A stretch of DNA of 64,000 bases from Bacteroidota bacterium (GTDB lineage Bacteria > Bacteroidota > Ignavibacteria > UBA10030 > UBA8401). The stretch's first letter is position 1. Every line of letters starts with the position of its first letter. Of the stretch, positions 9,345-17,983 are shown in pieces. The notes beneath the pieces are model-generated. The model did not search any database and was not told the origin of the DNA. It was given only the letters and a program-made list of their open reading frames with translations. The translations under genes were made by a program, and so were the position numbers. The stretch is taken from the NCBI GenBank assembly GCA_027622375.1, contig JAQCAB010000009.1, positions 743 through 64,742 on the forward strand, written 5' to 3'.

Positions 9345-11858
9345 ATGAAAAAAATATACTTCATTATTCTTTTACTCACATACAACATATCACATCTCTA
9401 CAGTCAAATACCTGCAAGGCAAGGGTGGTGGAAGTTTGATGATGCGGCAAATGTTTTAAAAGCTGATGCTGGTTCAGCGTTGGAATTAGTTGGAACTCAC
9501 CAAATTATTTCTGGTCCGACCGCGGGCAATGGAGCAGTGAGAATTGGTATTGGAAGTCATTATAAACTGAGACACGGAATGAGTCCGAACGGTGGTGGTG
9601 CCGGCAAATTGGTGAATGAATATACTTTGATGATTGATTTTAGAGTGCCAACCGTTGGTGCGTGGAAATGTTTTTACCAAACCGATTCAACGAACTCGAA
9701 TGATGGTGAATGTTTTATTAACAAACCTGGTGCAACTATCGGGGTTGGTGCTACCGGTTATTCATTATTTTCTGTTACTGCAAACGAATGGTACAGACTT
9801 GTCCTTTCCATAAAAAACGGCGTACAGTATAATTATTACATTGATGGACAAAAAATAAAAACAGGAACTGTTCAAGCAGTGGATAACATTAGGTTTGCAC
9901 TTGATAAAGCTTTGTTGATGTTTGGTGACGAGGATGGTGATGACGGCGAGATAGATTGTGCTGAAATTGCAATGTGGAATTCTCCGTTGAACGATGCTCA
10001 AATTTTAGCTCTTGGCGGATTTGGACACAGTGTTGCACTTAAACCTTTACCAATTGTTCCATACTTGCAAACGCCAACTCCTACTTCAATCTATGTGTCC
10101 TGGCACGACACTTCTTCCACAGGAACAAGTGTTGAATATGGAACAACATCTTCGCTTGGAAAAACGATAACCGGATCAAATGAAATTGTTGCGCCGGCGT
10201 ATCGCTGGCATACCGTTTTGCTTTCGGGTTTAACACCAAATACGGAGTATAGCTACAAACTAAAAAGCGGTGTTAATGTTTCAGAGATATTTAATTTTAG
10301 AACTCAACCAGCATTTGGCTATACAGGAAAATTACGATTTTTACTTTTTAGTGACACGCATAATTACGACACATCAAAAACTATGAATGTGATGAGAGCG
10401 GCGAAAAATAAAATCACAGAACTCTATGGCGCTGATATACACAATCAAATTAATGCAGTTTTGCATTCTGGTGATATTGTTGTGTCTGGAAGTACTATTG
10501 AAGAATTTCCAAAATTATATTTCATGCCGATGTCAGTTTTTTCAAAGTCAGTTCCGTTCCTCACCGTTCAGGGAAATCATGATGTAGGATCGTACTTTTA
10601 TTCATATATGAAATACGATAGTATTTCATTGGTTCAGCCTCCGGCTCAACCGATGGAACAATTCTGGAGTGTTCGATTTTCAAATACGCTTGTTATAGGA
10701 TTGAATACAAACGCTACTTCTACTTATGGTTCATTACAAAAAGGATTGCTTGATTCAAAATTAGCGCAGGCTCAATCCGATTCTACAATTGATTTTGTGA
10801 TGTGCTTATTTCACCACATGCCATACTCCGAATTATGGGGTGAAGGTGCCGGTTACTACCCTACTCCGAATTATATTCGCGATGATTTATTGCCCATCTT
10901 TCAAAAATATTCCAAAGCGATACAATTAACGTATGGTCACACTCATGGGTTTGAACGAGGAACAATTGAATCCAATACAAACGAAAGCGACTTCCGTATT
11001 GTGTGCAACGGTGGCGCAGGCGGTGGTATCGATCGTTGGGGTGCATTTAGTAATGTTGATTATCCGTCCATCCATATTTCACTCGACCATTTTTCCTATC
11101 AAATTGTTGAAATTGATGTTGCAAAGAAAACTTTTGTTGGTTCAATGTACAGTCTTGGAAATATTAATAGACCATACAATAATGAATTGTTGGATACATG
11201 GTATCGGAAAATTGCCCAACCGGCTTCGGTAGCTCCAACAGTTTCAGCACCAACCATTCTTTCTAACAAACTTATTTTTAATTCTTCTTCCATGAACAGC
11301 ATTGATTCTATTATGACAGTGCGTTTGCAGGTTTCGTATGATACCTCGTTCACACAAAACACGCTTGATACCGTTGTGCATTGGAAAAATATTTATGGTG
11401 TTGATGGATTCTATTCTCCTATTGATAAAAACTTTGGAAAAGACCTTACCAAACTTGAAGTTCCCAAAACACGATTTCTTGGAGGCAGGTCGTTTTACTA
11501 CCGCGTAAAATATCGTGACCATAATTTGCGATGGAGCAATTGGTCTAATCGTTCAAACAGTATTACCAGTATTGTTCTGCGCGAACAACTTCCAACGGTG
11601 TTTGCTGTTGAGCAAAATTATCCTAATCCGTTCAATCCCACAACGAATATTATGTTTAACATTCCTCAATCAGGAATGGTCAGTCTAAAAGTATATGACG
11701 TTCTCGGACGTGAAGTATTAGATGTCCTGAATCAGTTTCAATCGGCAGGTTCCTACACAGTCAATCTCGACGCATCAAAACTTACAACGGGTATGTATCT
11801 TTATAGATTTCAATCCGGTTCATTCAATTCTGTAAAGAAAATGACATTGATCAAATAG
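9345..11858 (+). CDS. Secreted purple-acid-phosphatase-like metallophosphoesterase with N-terminal LamG-like region and T9SS C-terminal sorting domain
   Basis: Signal peptide. An FN3-like PAP N-domain (YVSWHD...TEYSYKL) is followed by calcineurin-like motifs (LFSDTHNYD, GDIVVSG, QGNHDV, GHTHGFERG). The C-terminal ~80 aa (NYPNPFNPTTNIMFNIP...GMYLYRF) is a Por-secretion sorting domain. Confidence 0.75.
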   Translation: MKKIYFIILLLTYNISHLYSQIPARQGWWKFDDAANVLKADAGSALELVGTHQIISGPTAGNGAVRIGIGSHYKLRHGMSPNGGGAGKLVNEYTLMIDFRVPTVGAWKCFYQTDSTNSNDGECFINKPGATIGVGATGYSLFSVTANEWYRLVLSIKNGVQYNYYIDGQKIKTGTVQAVDNIRFALDKALLMFGDEDGDDGEIDCAEIAMWNSPLNDAQILALGGFGHSVALKPLPIVPYLQTPTPTSIYVSWHDTSSTGTSVEYGTTSSLGKTITGSNEIVAPAYRWHTVLLSGLTPNTEYSYKLKSGVNVSEIFNFRTQPAFGYTGKLRFLLFSDTHNYDTSKTMNVMRAAKNKITELYGADIHNQINAVLHSGDIVVSGSTIEEFPKLYFMPMSVFSKSVPFLTVQGNHDVGSYFYSYMKYDSISLVQPPAQPMEQFWSVRFSNTLVIGLNTNATSTYGSLQKGLLDSKLAQAQSDSTIDFVMCLFHHMPYSELWGEGAGYYPTPNYIRDDLLPIFQKYSKAIQLTYGHTHGFERGTIESNTNESDFRIVCNGGAGGGIDRWGAFSNVDYPSIHISLDHFSYQIVEIDVAKKTFVGSMYSLGNINRPYNNELLDTWYRKIAQPASVAPTVSAPTILSNKLIFNSSSMNSIDSIMTVRLQVSYDTSFTQNTLDTVVHWKNIYGVDGFYSPIDKNFGKDLTKLEVPKTRFLGGRSFYYRVKYRDHNLRWSNWSNRSNSITSIVLREQLPTVFAVEQNYPNPFNPTTNIMFNIPQSGMVSLKVYDVLGREVLDVLNQFQSAGSYTVNLDASKLTTGMYLYRFQSGSFNSVKKMTLIK

Positions 11859-12112
11859 TATCATAAGAGATCAACATTAACTTTGTACATAGGTTACCAC
11901 TTATCTTGTTTTAACATACCACGTACGTGGGATTGTTCGTTGGTTGATAAAACGGTAATTTTTGAACAACAGTATAGTATTTGTTTTAATAAAAACACAG
12001 TATTTGCTCAGCATATTTTTTAATATTTATATTTGGTTTGAAATACAATGCAAAATCATAGCCACAGATTCACAGATTAAAGTTAAAAAACTTATCTGCC
12101 TACGGCTGCCAA

Positions 12113-12352
12113 GTGCCGGTAAGACAAGGATGGTGGAAGTTTGATGATGCGGCAAATGTTTTAAAAGCTGATGCTGGTTCAGCGCTGGAATTAGTTGGAA
12201 CCAATCAAGCTATCGCCGGTCCGGATGTGGGTAACGGCGCAGTTAAGATAGGAGTTGGCAGTGAATCCCTACAGTGCCGCTTTAGCACGGAAACCCATGA
12301 TGAAAATTTAAGATTAGAAAAATTTTTCAATCGGAAGTCATATGGTAGATAA
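12113..12352 (+). pseudogene. Diverged 5' fragment of a paralog of the PAP-like phosphatase gene
   Basis: 12131-12201 matches 9426-9496 (71 nt, 1 mismatch), with weaker similarity flanking. There is no in-frame signal peptide upstream (stop at 12059), and the reading frame degenerates after about 45 codons. Confidence 0.7.
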
Positions 12353-12365
12353 TAAAACAAGAGTT

Positions 12366-12402
12366 CCACAATTTATCAGTTCCTAAATTGTGGATTTTTT
12401 TT
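12366..12402 (+). terminator. Rho-independent terminator-like hairpin
   Basis: CCACAATTT-(10 nt loop)-AAATTGTGG followed by ATTTTTTTTG. Confidence 0.55.
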
Positions 12403-12781
12403 GTGTGTCGGGAGAACACGTTTTTTAATTCAGATGTTTAAAACAATAAATCCTACTGATTTGCAGGAATTTGTTTTGTACTCCCAATGATGTACCAATG
12501 CTTAGTATAAGTTATCCGCATCTTTGAGTGCTCCCCGTTTTTCATCCAATTAAATCAAAAAAGGAAAGTATTACTTTATAAAAGGACTACTCGATTGTTC
12601 ACCTGGGTTTTATCCTTTAAACAACCAGATTTTTGGTTTGTAATTAGGATTCAAAATATTTTTCAACAAAAATACAAATTGGATAATATTTTAGTATATT
12701 TGTAAATCAAATCTATAAGCACTCAAATTTTCACAATCCAAGAAGACTTAAAGAATATTTTATAACAATTATTAAATTATT

Positions 12782-14557
12782 GTGACAGAAAATTATACAA
12801 AAGAAACAACATTTAATGGACTAGGAATTTCAACTGAAATTTTAGAACGATTAACAAATTTAAATTTTACACACCCAACACCAATTCAATACAAATCAAT
12901 TCCCATTGGAATAAATGGAGAAGATTTAATTGGCATAGCTCAAACTGGAACAGGGAAAACACTTTCATTTTCAATTCCACTAGTTCAAAGATTATCAGAT
13001 AAAAATAATGTTGGATTAGTTTTATTGCCAACTCGTGAGTTAGCACTGCAAGTAGCTGACACAATTCAAAAAATTGCTACAGTTTACGGATTAACAAAAA
13101 CGGTTTTAATTGGTGGCGCATCAATGATGGAGCAAATAAAATCTCTTCGCTCAAAACCAAATATTATTGTGGCAACACCAGGCAGATTGATTGATCACAT
13201 TGAACGAAAAAATGTTAATCTCGCAAAAGTAAAAATAATTGTTTTGGATGAAGCTGATAGAATGCTGGATATGGGATTTGAGCCACAAATAAAAAGGATT
13301 TTAAATCAAGTTCCGGCTGAAAAACAAACATTACTTTATTGCGCAACATTGCCGCACTCAATTTCAAAAATTGCAGAAAAATATATGAAGACTCCACTTC
13401 ATATTGAGGTTGCTCCATCTGGAACAACAAGTGAACGTATTGAGCAAGAAATATTTATTATTCATAAAGAAGATAAAATTAGACTTCTTTCAAAATTACT
13501 TGATGAATATAAAGGAACGATTTTAATTTTTACAAGAACAAAACGGGGTGCAAAGAAAATATCGGACGGAATAAATAAAATGAACCACTCTTCAATAGAT
13601 ATTCATTCTGATAAATCTCAATCTCAAAGGAAAGCTGCACTTTCAAGTTTTAAATCTGGAAAAATTAGAATTCTCGTTGCTACTGATGTTGCTTCGCGCG
13701 GAATTGATGTTGAAAATATAGAACTTGTAATTAATTATGATTTGCCAGATCAAACAGAAGATTATGTGCACAGAATTGGTCGCACTGGAAGAGCTGGAAA
13801 ATCAGGGAAAGCAATATCTTTTGCAACTCCTGAACAAAAACATGATATAAAAATAATTGAAAAATTAATCAGAAATAAAATTAATGTTTCCCCAGTTCCT
13901 GAATTGCCTGATAGAAGCACACTTCCCAAAATGATCCATAGTAGAGAAAGTGAGAATGAGTTTAGAGGGGGTCGGTCATCCAGGAATAATAATACATCAA
14001 ATAGGTTTGGAAAAAATAGAAATAATTTTCAACGTGGTAGAAGCCGAGATAAATTTAAGAGCGATAAAGAAGGCTCTTTTTCTAAAAAACTATTTTCAGA
14101 TAATTCATTTAAAGAGCCTGAAAAAGAACCAAAAAGTTTTTCAGATTTTGGACAAGACTCGAATTTTATTAGGAAAAAAAAGAGATCGTTTTCAGCAAAT
14201 AAACGATCAGATAATTTTAGCTCCGGTAACTCTGATACAGGCAATAAATCGTACTCGAGTGAGTATAAAAAATCTTCTAATTTTAGAAATAAAAGAAATA
14301 GTTCTTTTTCATATAAAAAGAGGGAGAATAAATTTAACTCAGGTGGTTCTGAAACGGGAGACAAAAATAGTTCAAGCTTTAAAAATAAATTTGGTGGTTT
14401 TAAGCCTCGTTCATTTAAAAAGAGAGATAATAAATTTAGCTCAGGTAGTTCTGAAACGGGAAACCAAAATAGCTCAAGCTTTAAAAATAAATTTGGTAAT
14501 TTTAGGCCGGCCAAAAAATTTATAAAGCGAAAACGATTTTTAGCTTTAATAAAATAA
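12782..14557 (+). CDS. DEAD-box ATP-dependent RNA helicase with long low-complexity C-terminal tail
   Basis: Motifs AQTGTGKT, PTRELA, DEAD, the ATPGRL-type motif and HRIGRTGRAG. The last ~200 aa form a K/S/N/F-rich repetitive tail. GTG start. Confidence 0.9.
   Translation: MTENYTKETTFNGLGISTEILERLTNLNFTHPTPIQYKSIPIGINGEDLIGIAQTGTGKTLSFSIPLVQRLSDKNNVGLVLLPTRELALQVADTIQKIATVYGLTKTVLIGGASMMEQIKSLRSKPNIIVATPGRLIDHIERKNVNLAKVKIIVLDEADRMLDMGFEPQIKRILNQVPAEKQTLLYCATLPHSISKIAEKYMKTPLHIEVAPSGTTSERIEQEIFIIHKEDKIRLLSKLLDEYKGTILIFTRTKRGAKKISDGINKMNHSSIDIHSDKSQSQRKAALSSFKSGKIRILVATDVASRGIDVENIELVINYDLPDQTEDYVHRIGRTGRAGKSGKAISFATPEQKHDIKIIEKLIRNKINVSPVPELPDRSTLPKMIHSRESENEFRGGRSSRNNNTSNRFGKNRNNFQRGRSRDKFKSDKEGSFSKKLFSDNSFKEPEKEPKSFSDFGQDSNFIRKKKRSFSANKRSDNFSSGNSDTGNKSYSSEYKKSSNFRNKRNSSFSYKKRENKFNSGGSETGDKNSSSFKNKFGGFKPRSFKKRDNKFSSGSSETGNQNSSSFKNKFGNFRPAKKFIKRKRFLALIK
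14206..14513 (+). repeat. About three tandem copies of a 102-nt (34-aa) repeat inside the helicase tail
   Basis: Units starting at 14315 and 14417 are nearly identical (KR(E/D)NKF(N/S)SG(G/S)SETG(D/N)(K/Q)NSSSFKNKFG-F(K/R)P). A more diverged copy precedes them. Confidence 0.8.
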
Positions 14558-14600
14558 ATTTTTTTAATTAACTTATTATTTTTTAATTATTAAAATTGGA

Positions 14601-15935
14601 ATGAAAAATTTATTTTTTATTATTTCATTTATCCTAATTTTATTCTTCCAAAAACTTCATGCTCAATCGACAGATATCTTAGCAATTGTTGGTAAAAATG
14701 TTATTACCTCAAAAGATTTTCTTGAAAGATTTGAACTTTTACCGGTAAAAAATAAATTAGATAAAGAGAGCTTTTTGGCGTCATTAATTTCTGAAAAATT
14801 GCTTTACTTCGAAGCAATTCAAAATAATATTGAAATTAAAAATATTTATGAACGCAAAAAGGTAGAACTAGAAAGACTTTTTGTTAAAGATGAATTATTT
14901 AAACAAATGGTTTTACCAAATGTTAAAATCACAAATACAGAAATTAATGAAGCTTCAAAAAATTATTTATTTGATTACTTTGTTATAGTAACACAAAATG
15001 GAAAAATATTAGATACACTTGTAATTCATTTTGGAGATGTTGATGAAGAAATTGAAAATGTAACTTATGAGTCTGATAAAAATAATTCTCCTCAAAAAAT
15101 TAATTTAACAAGATATGGAGAAGTTTTTGTTCAAGTATTTTTAAAGCAACAAAATAATAAAGCGACACAAAAAAATAATTCTGAAAGAATAGCAGCAGTA
15201 GAAAAAATTATTCGAGATCGGAAAATTATCAAAGTTGCAACCGAATACTTCTACACAACGCTAAAAAATAAAAAAGTAGTAGCTGATAAATTGATATTCA
15301 AAAAATTATCTGACGAAATATTCTCGATTATAAAATCTGATTCATTATCACATCAATCGAATGGTATTTATTTTATGTCTGAAAAAGATTATCAAAAAAT
15401 TGGAGTTGCTTTAAAAAGTGAACTTCAAAAATCATTTATTTATTTTGAACAAGATTCTATAAATCTTGAATCATTCTTAGATGGCGCAAAATATCTTGAA
15501 ATATCTTTTCAAAATTTAGAAATTGAAACCATTCAAAACTCTTTAAATTTAATTATAAAATCTTTTATTGAATCTGAAATACTTTACCGCGAAGGTAAAA
15601 AAATGAATTTGCAATATTCAAAAAATGTAAATCATGATGTAAATATGTGGTTAGAAAGTGATCTTGCAAAAAAATATTCAGATATTTTGTGCAACTCAAC
15701 TGAAAATCAAAAATTAAATTGTAAGGAATTGCTTAACGAACATATTATTGAATTAACTAAAAAATATTCATTTCAAATCAATTATCAAAAATTAAAAAAT
15801 ATCAATACTACAATTCATAATATGGTAACTTGGCGTCATTTAGGTTTTGGTGGAAGAATTCTGGCAGTTCCTTCAGCTGCAACAAATTCAACTTGGTTAA
15901 AAAAATGGAAAGAATTGAATAGAGTGATTCAATAG
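14601..15935 (+). CDS. Secreted hypothetical protein with SurA-N-like (periplasmic chaperone) N-terminal region
   Basis: Signal peptide. The N-terminus ILAIVGKNVITSKDFLERFELL...EKLLYFEAIQN resembles the SurA/PpiD N-domain. No recognisable PPIase motif. Confidence 0.3.
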   Translation: MKNLFFIISFILILFFQKLHAQSTDILAIVGKNVITSKDFLERFELLPVKNKLDKESFLASLISEKLLYFEAIQNNIEIKNIYERKKVELERLFVKDELFKQMVLPNVKITNTEINEASKNYLFDYFVIVTQNGKILDTLVIHFGDVDEEIENVTYESDKNNSPQKINLTRYGEVFVQVFLKQQNNKATQKNNSERIAAVEKIIRDRKIIKVATEYFYTTLKNKKVVADKLIFKKLSDEIFSIIKSDSLSHQSNGIYFMSEKDYQKIGVALKSELQKSFIYFEQDSINLESFLDGAKYLEISFQNLEIETIQNSLNLIIKSFIESEILYREGKKMNLQYSKNVNHDVNMWLESDLAKKYSDILCNSTENQKLNCKELLNEHIIELTKKYSFQINYQKLKNINTTIHNMVTWRHLGFGGRILAVPSAATNSTWLKKWKELNRVIQ

Positions 15936-16046
15936 CAAGTTATAATTAACTTGTAAAAAATGGTTATATTTATTCAATAATTGTAAAAACACATTAAAAA
16001 TCATTCAATAAAATCTAACAATATTAATTCAAAATTTGTTTTTGAA

Positions 16047-17405
16047 ATGGAAAACAAATTTTTGAAATCATGCAATAAACTTGAGATTAAAAATCAAACA
16101 GTTTTAATTGCTATAAGTGGAGGAATTGATTCTGTTGTACTTTTCAATTTATTTTTAAGAGTTCAAGATAAATTAAATCTAAATTTCCGTTTAGCGCATG
16201 TAAATCATTTACTTCGTGGAAAAGAATCATTGCGTGATCAAAAATTTGTTGAAGAATATTCTCTTAAAAATAATATTCCATTAGACTTATTAGTTGCAGA
16301 TACTAAAAATAAAAAAGGATCAATTCAAAAAATAGCACGTGAAATTCGTTATAAATATTTTATTGAAAAAGCAATCAAGTATAACTGTAAATATATTGCA
16401 ACTGCACATAACAAGAATGATAATTCTGAAACTTTACTTTTAAATTTATTTAGAGGAGCAGGTATTGAAGGATTATCTGGAATTCCAGTAAAAAATATTG
16501 TAGATGGGAATCAGATTGTGCGACCATTACTTGAGTTTGAAAGAAGCGAAATTCTTAAATATGCAAAACTTAAAAAATATAATTGGGTTGAAGATTCTTC
16601 AAATAAAAAAAATAAATACAAAAGAAATTATATTAGAAATAAATTATTACCGCAAATTCAAAAAAATTATAATCCAAATATTATTCAAACATTGTCAAAA
16701 ACAGCTGAGCTATTAAGTAAACAATTATTCATAAACCAAAAAAAGTGTACAGAGTTTATTAATAAGCATGTGCTTAAAAAAACGAATTCAATTTTAGTTT
16801 CAAAAAAAGAATTCTTAAAAAACGAAGATTTAATACAACTTGATATTATTAAAACAATTCTTGAAGATCTAAAAATTGAAAGTTCATTTATTTTAATTAA
16901 TTCAATTTTAGAATTATTTAATTCGCAAAATGGAACAAGTTGTGATTGTTCCGAAAACTGGATTGCACAAATTGATAGAGGATATTTAATATTCTCAGAA
17001 AAAAATATTTCGAGTAATATTTATTTTCAACTTTTTAAAGAAGGTAAAATAGAAACTAATTCATGGAATTTATCAATAAAATCAACTGCAATTACAAGTA
17101 TTAAGAAAAATGGCAAATCAAATAATGTAGAAATTATAGATGCAGATTTAGTAAATTACCCGATTACAATTAGATCTTGGCAAAGTGGAGATTATTTTTA
17201 TCCTCTCGGAATGTATGGAAAAAAGAAAATTAGTGACTATTTTGTAGACCAAAAGATTCCAATGCGGCAGAAAAAAAGCATTCCATTAATTGAATCTGAT
17301 AACAAAATTATTTGGCTTGCCGGTTTTAGAATTGATGAACGGTTTAAAATTACAAATAAAACTAAAAATTTTATTGAATTAAAAATTGATTATAAGAATG
17401 AGTAA
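16047..17405 (+). CDS. tilS: tRNA(Ile)-lysidine synthetase
   Basis: PP-loop SGGIDSVV, a conserved ATAHNKNDNSETLLLNLFRGAG block and the C-terminal TilS substrate domain. Confidence 0.9.
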   Translation: MENKFLKSCNKLEIKNQTVLIAISGGIDSVVLFNLFLRVQDKLNLNFRLAHVNHLLRGKESLRDQKFVEEYSLKNNIPLDLLVADTKNKKGSIQKIAREIRYKYFIEKAIKYNCKYIATAHNKNDNSETLLLNLFRGAGIEGLSGIPVKNIVDGNQIVRPLLEFERSEILKYAKLKKYNWVEDSSNKKNKYKRNYIRNKLLPQIQKNYNPNIIQTLSKTAELLSKQLFINQKKCTEFINKHVLKKTNSILVSKKEFLKNEDLIQLDIIKTILEDLKIESSFILINSILELFNSQNGTSCDCSENWIAQIDRGYLIFSEKNISSNIYFQLFKEGKIETNSWNLSIKSTAITSIKKNGKSNNVEIIDADLVNYPITIRSWQSGDYFYPLGMYGKKKISDYFVDQKIPMRQKKSIPLIESDNKIIWLAGFRIDERFKITNKTKNFIELKIDYKNE

Positions 17406-17967
17406 ATCAAAAATTATTAATAAAATAAAAATTAATAAAGAAACTTTTGATCTTTATTTAACTGAAAAAAAAATTCAGGCACGAAGTCGTTATCTTGCAT
17501 CAAAAATAAATAAAAAATTTGCAGACAAAGATCCTATTTTTATTTGCGTTCTAAATGGTGCATTTATATTTTTTTCAGATTTGATAAGGCACATCAATAT
17601 CGATTGCGAAGTTGATTTTTTAAAACTATCAAGTTACGGTGATGCAAAAATATCAAGTGGAAATGTTACTTTGATAAAAGATTTAAATTGTGAAGTCCGA
17701 AATAGAAATATTATTATGGTGGAAGATATTGTTGATACAGGTTTATCAATGAGGTACATAAAAAATTTAGTAATGGCTCATCATCCAAAATCATTTTCTG
17801 TCGTGACTTTATTAATAAAACCTGATTCTTTAAAATACGATATTAAAATAGATTACTTTGGATTTAAAATTCCAAATAAATTTGTTGTTGGATATGGTTT
17901 GGATTACGCACAAAAAGCAAGAAATTTACGCTCAATTTATCAACTCAAAACAAACGGAAAAGCTTAA
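17386..17967 (+). CDS. hpt: Hypoxanthine phosphoribosyltransferase
   Basis: PRPP-binding loop IIMVEDIVDTGLS and the FVVGYGLDY motif. Conserved tilS-hpt-ftsH order. Confidence 0.9.
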   Translation: MIIRMSKSKIINKIKINKETFDLYLTEKKIQARSRYLASKINKKFADKDPIFICVLNGAFIFFSDLIRHINIDCEVDFLKLSSYGDAKISSGNVTLIKDLNCEVRNRNIIMVEDIVDTGLSMRYIKNLVMAHHPKSFSVVTLLIKPDSLKYDIKIDYFGFKIPNKFVVGYGLDYAQKARNLRSIYQLKTNGKA

Positions 17968-17983
17968 TTTATAATAATTATTT

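Noticed and set aside
9021-12352. Duplicated MFS 3' end and phosphatase 5' end as assembly artefacts (collapsed or chimeric repeats)
   Set aside because: The copies are diverged (about 85% identity for the MFS fragment). Only a 71-nt near-identical core sits within diverged flanks for the phosphatase fragment. This fits old paralogous remnants, not mis-assembled identical repeats. Read-level verification is still advisable.
13950-14525. 191-aa plus-strand ORF and 161-aa minus-strand ORF (14029-14514) inside the helicase tail
   Set aside because: These are alternate-frame or antisense artefacts of the tandem 102-nt repeat that encodes the helicase C-terminal tail. The helicase frame is continuous from the DEAD core.
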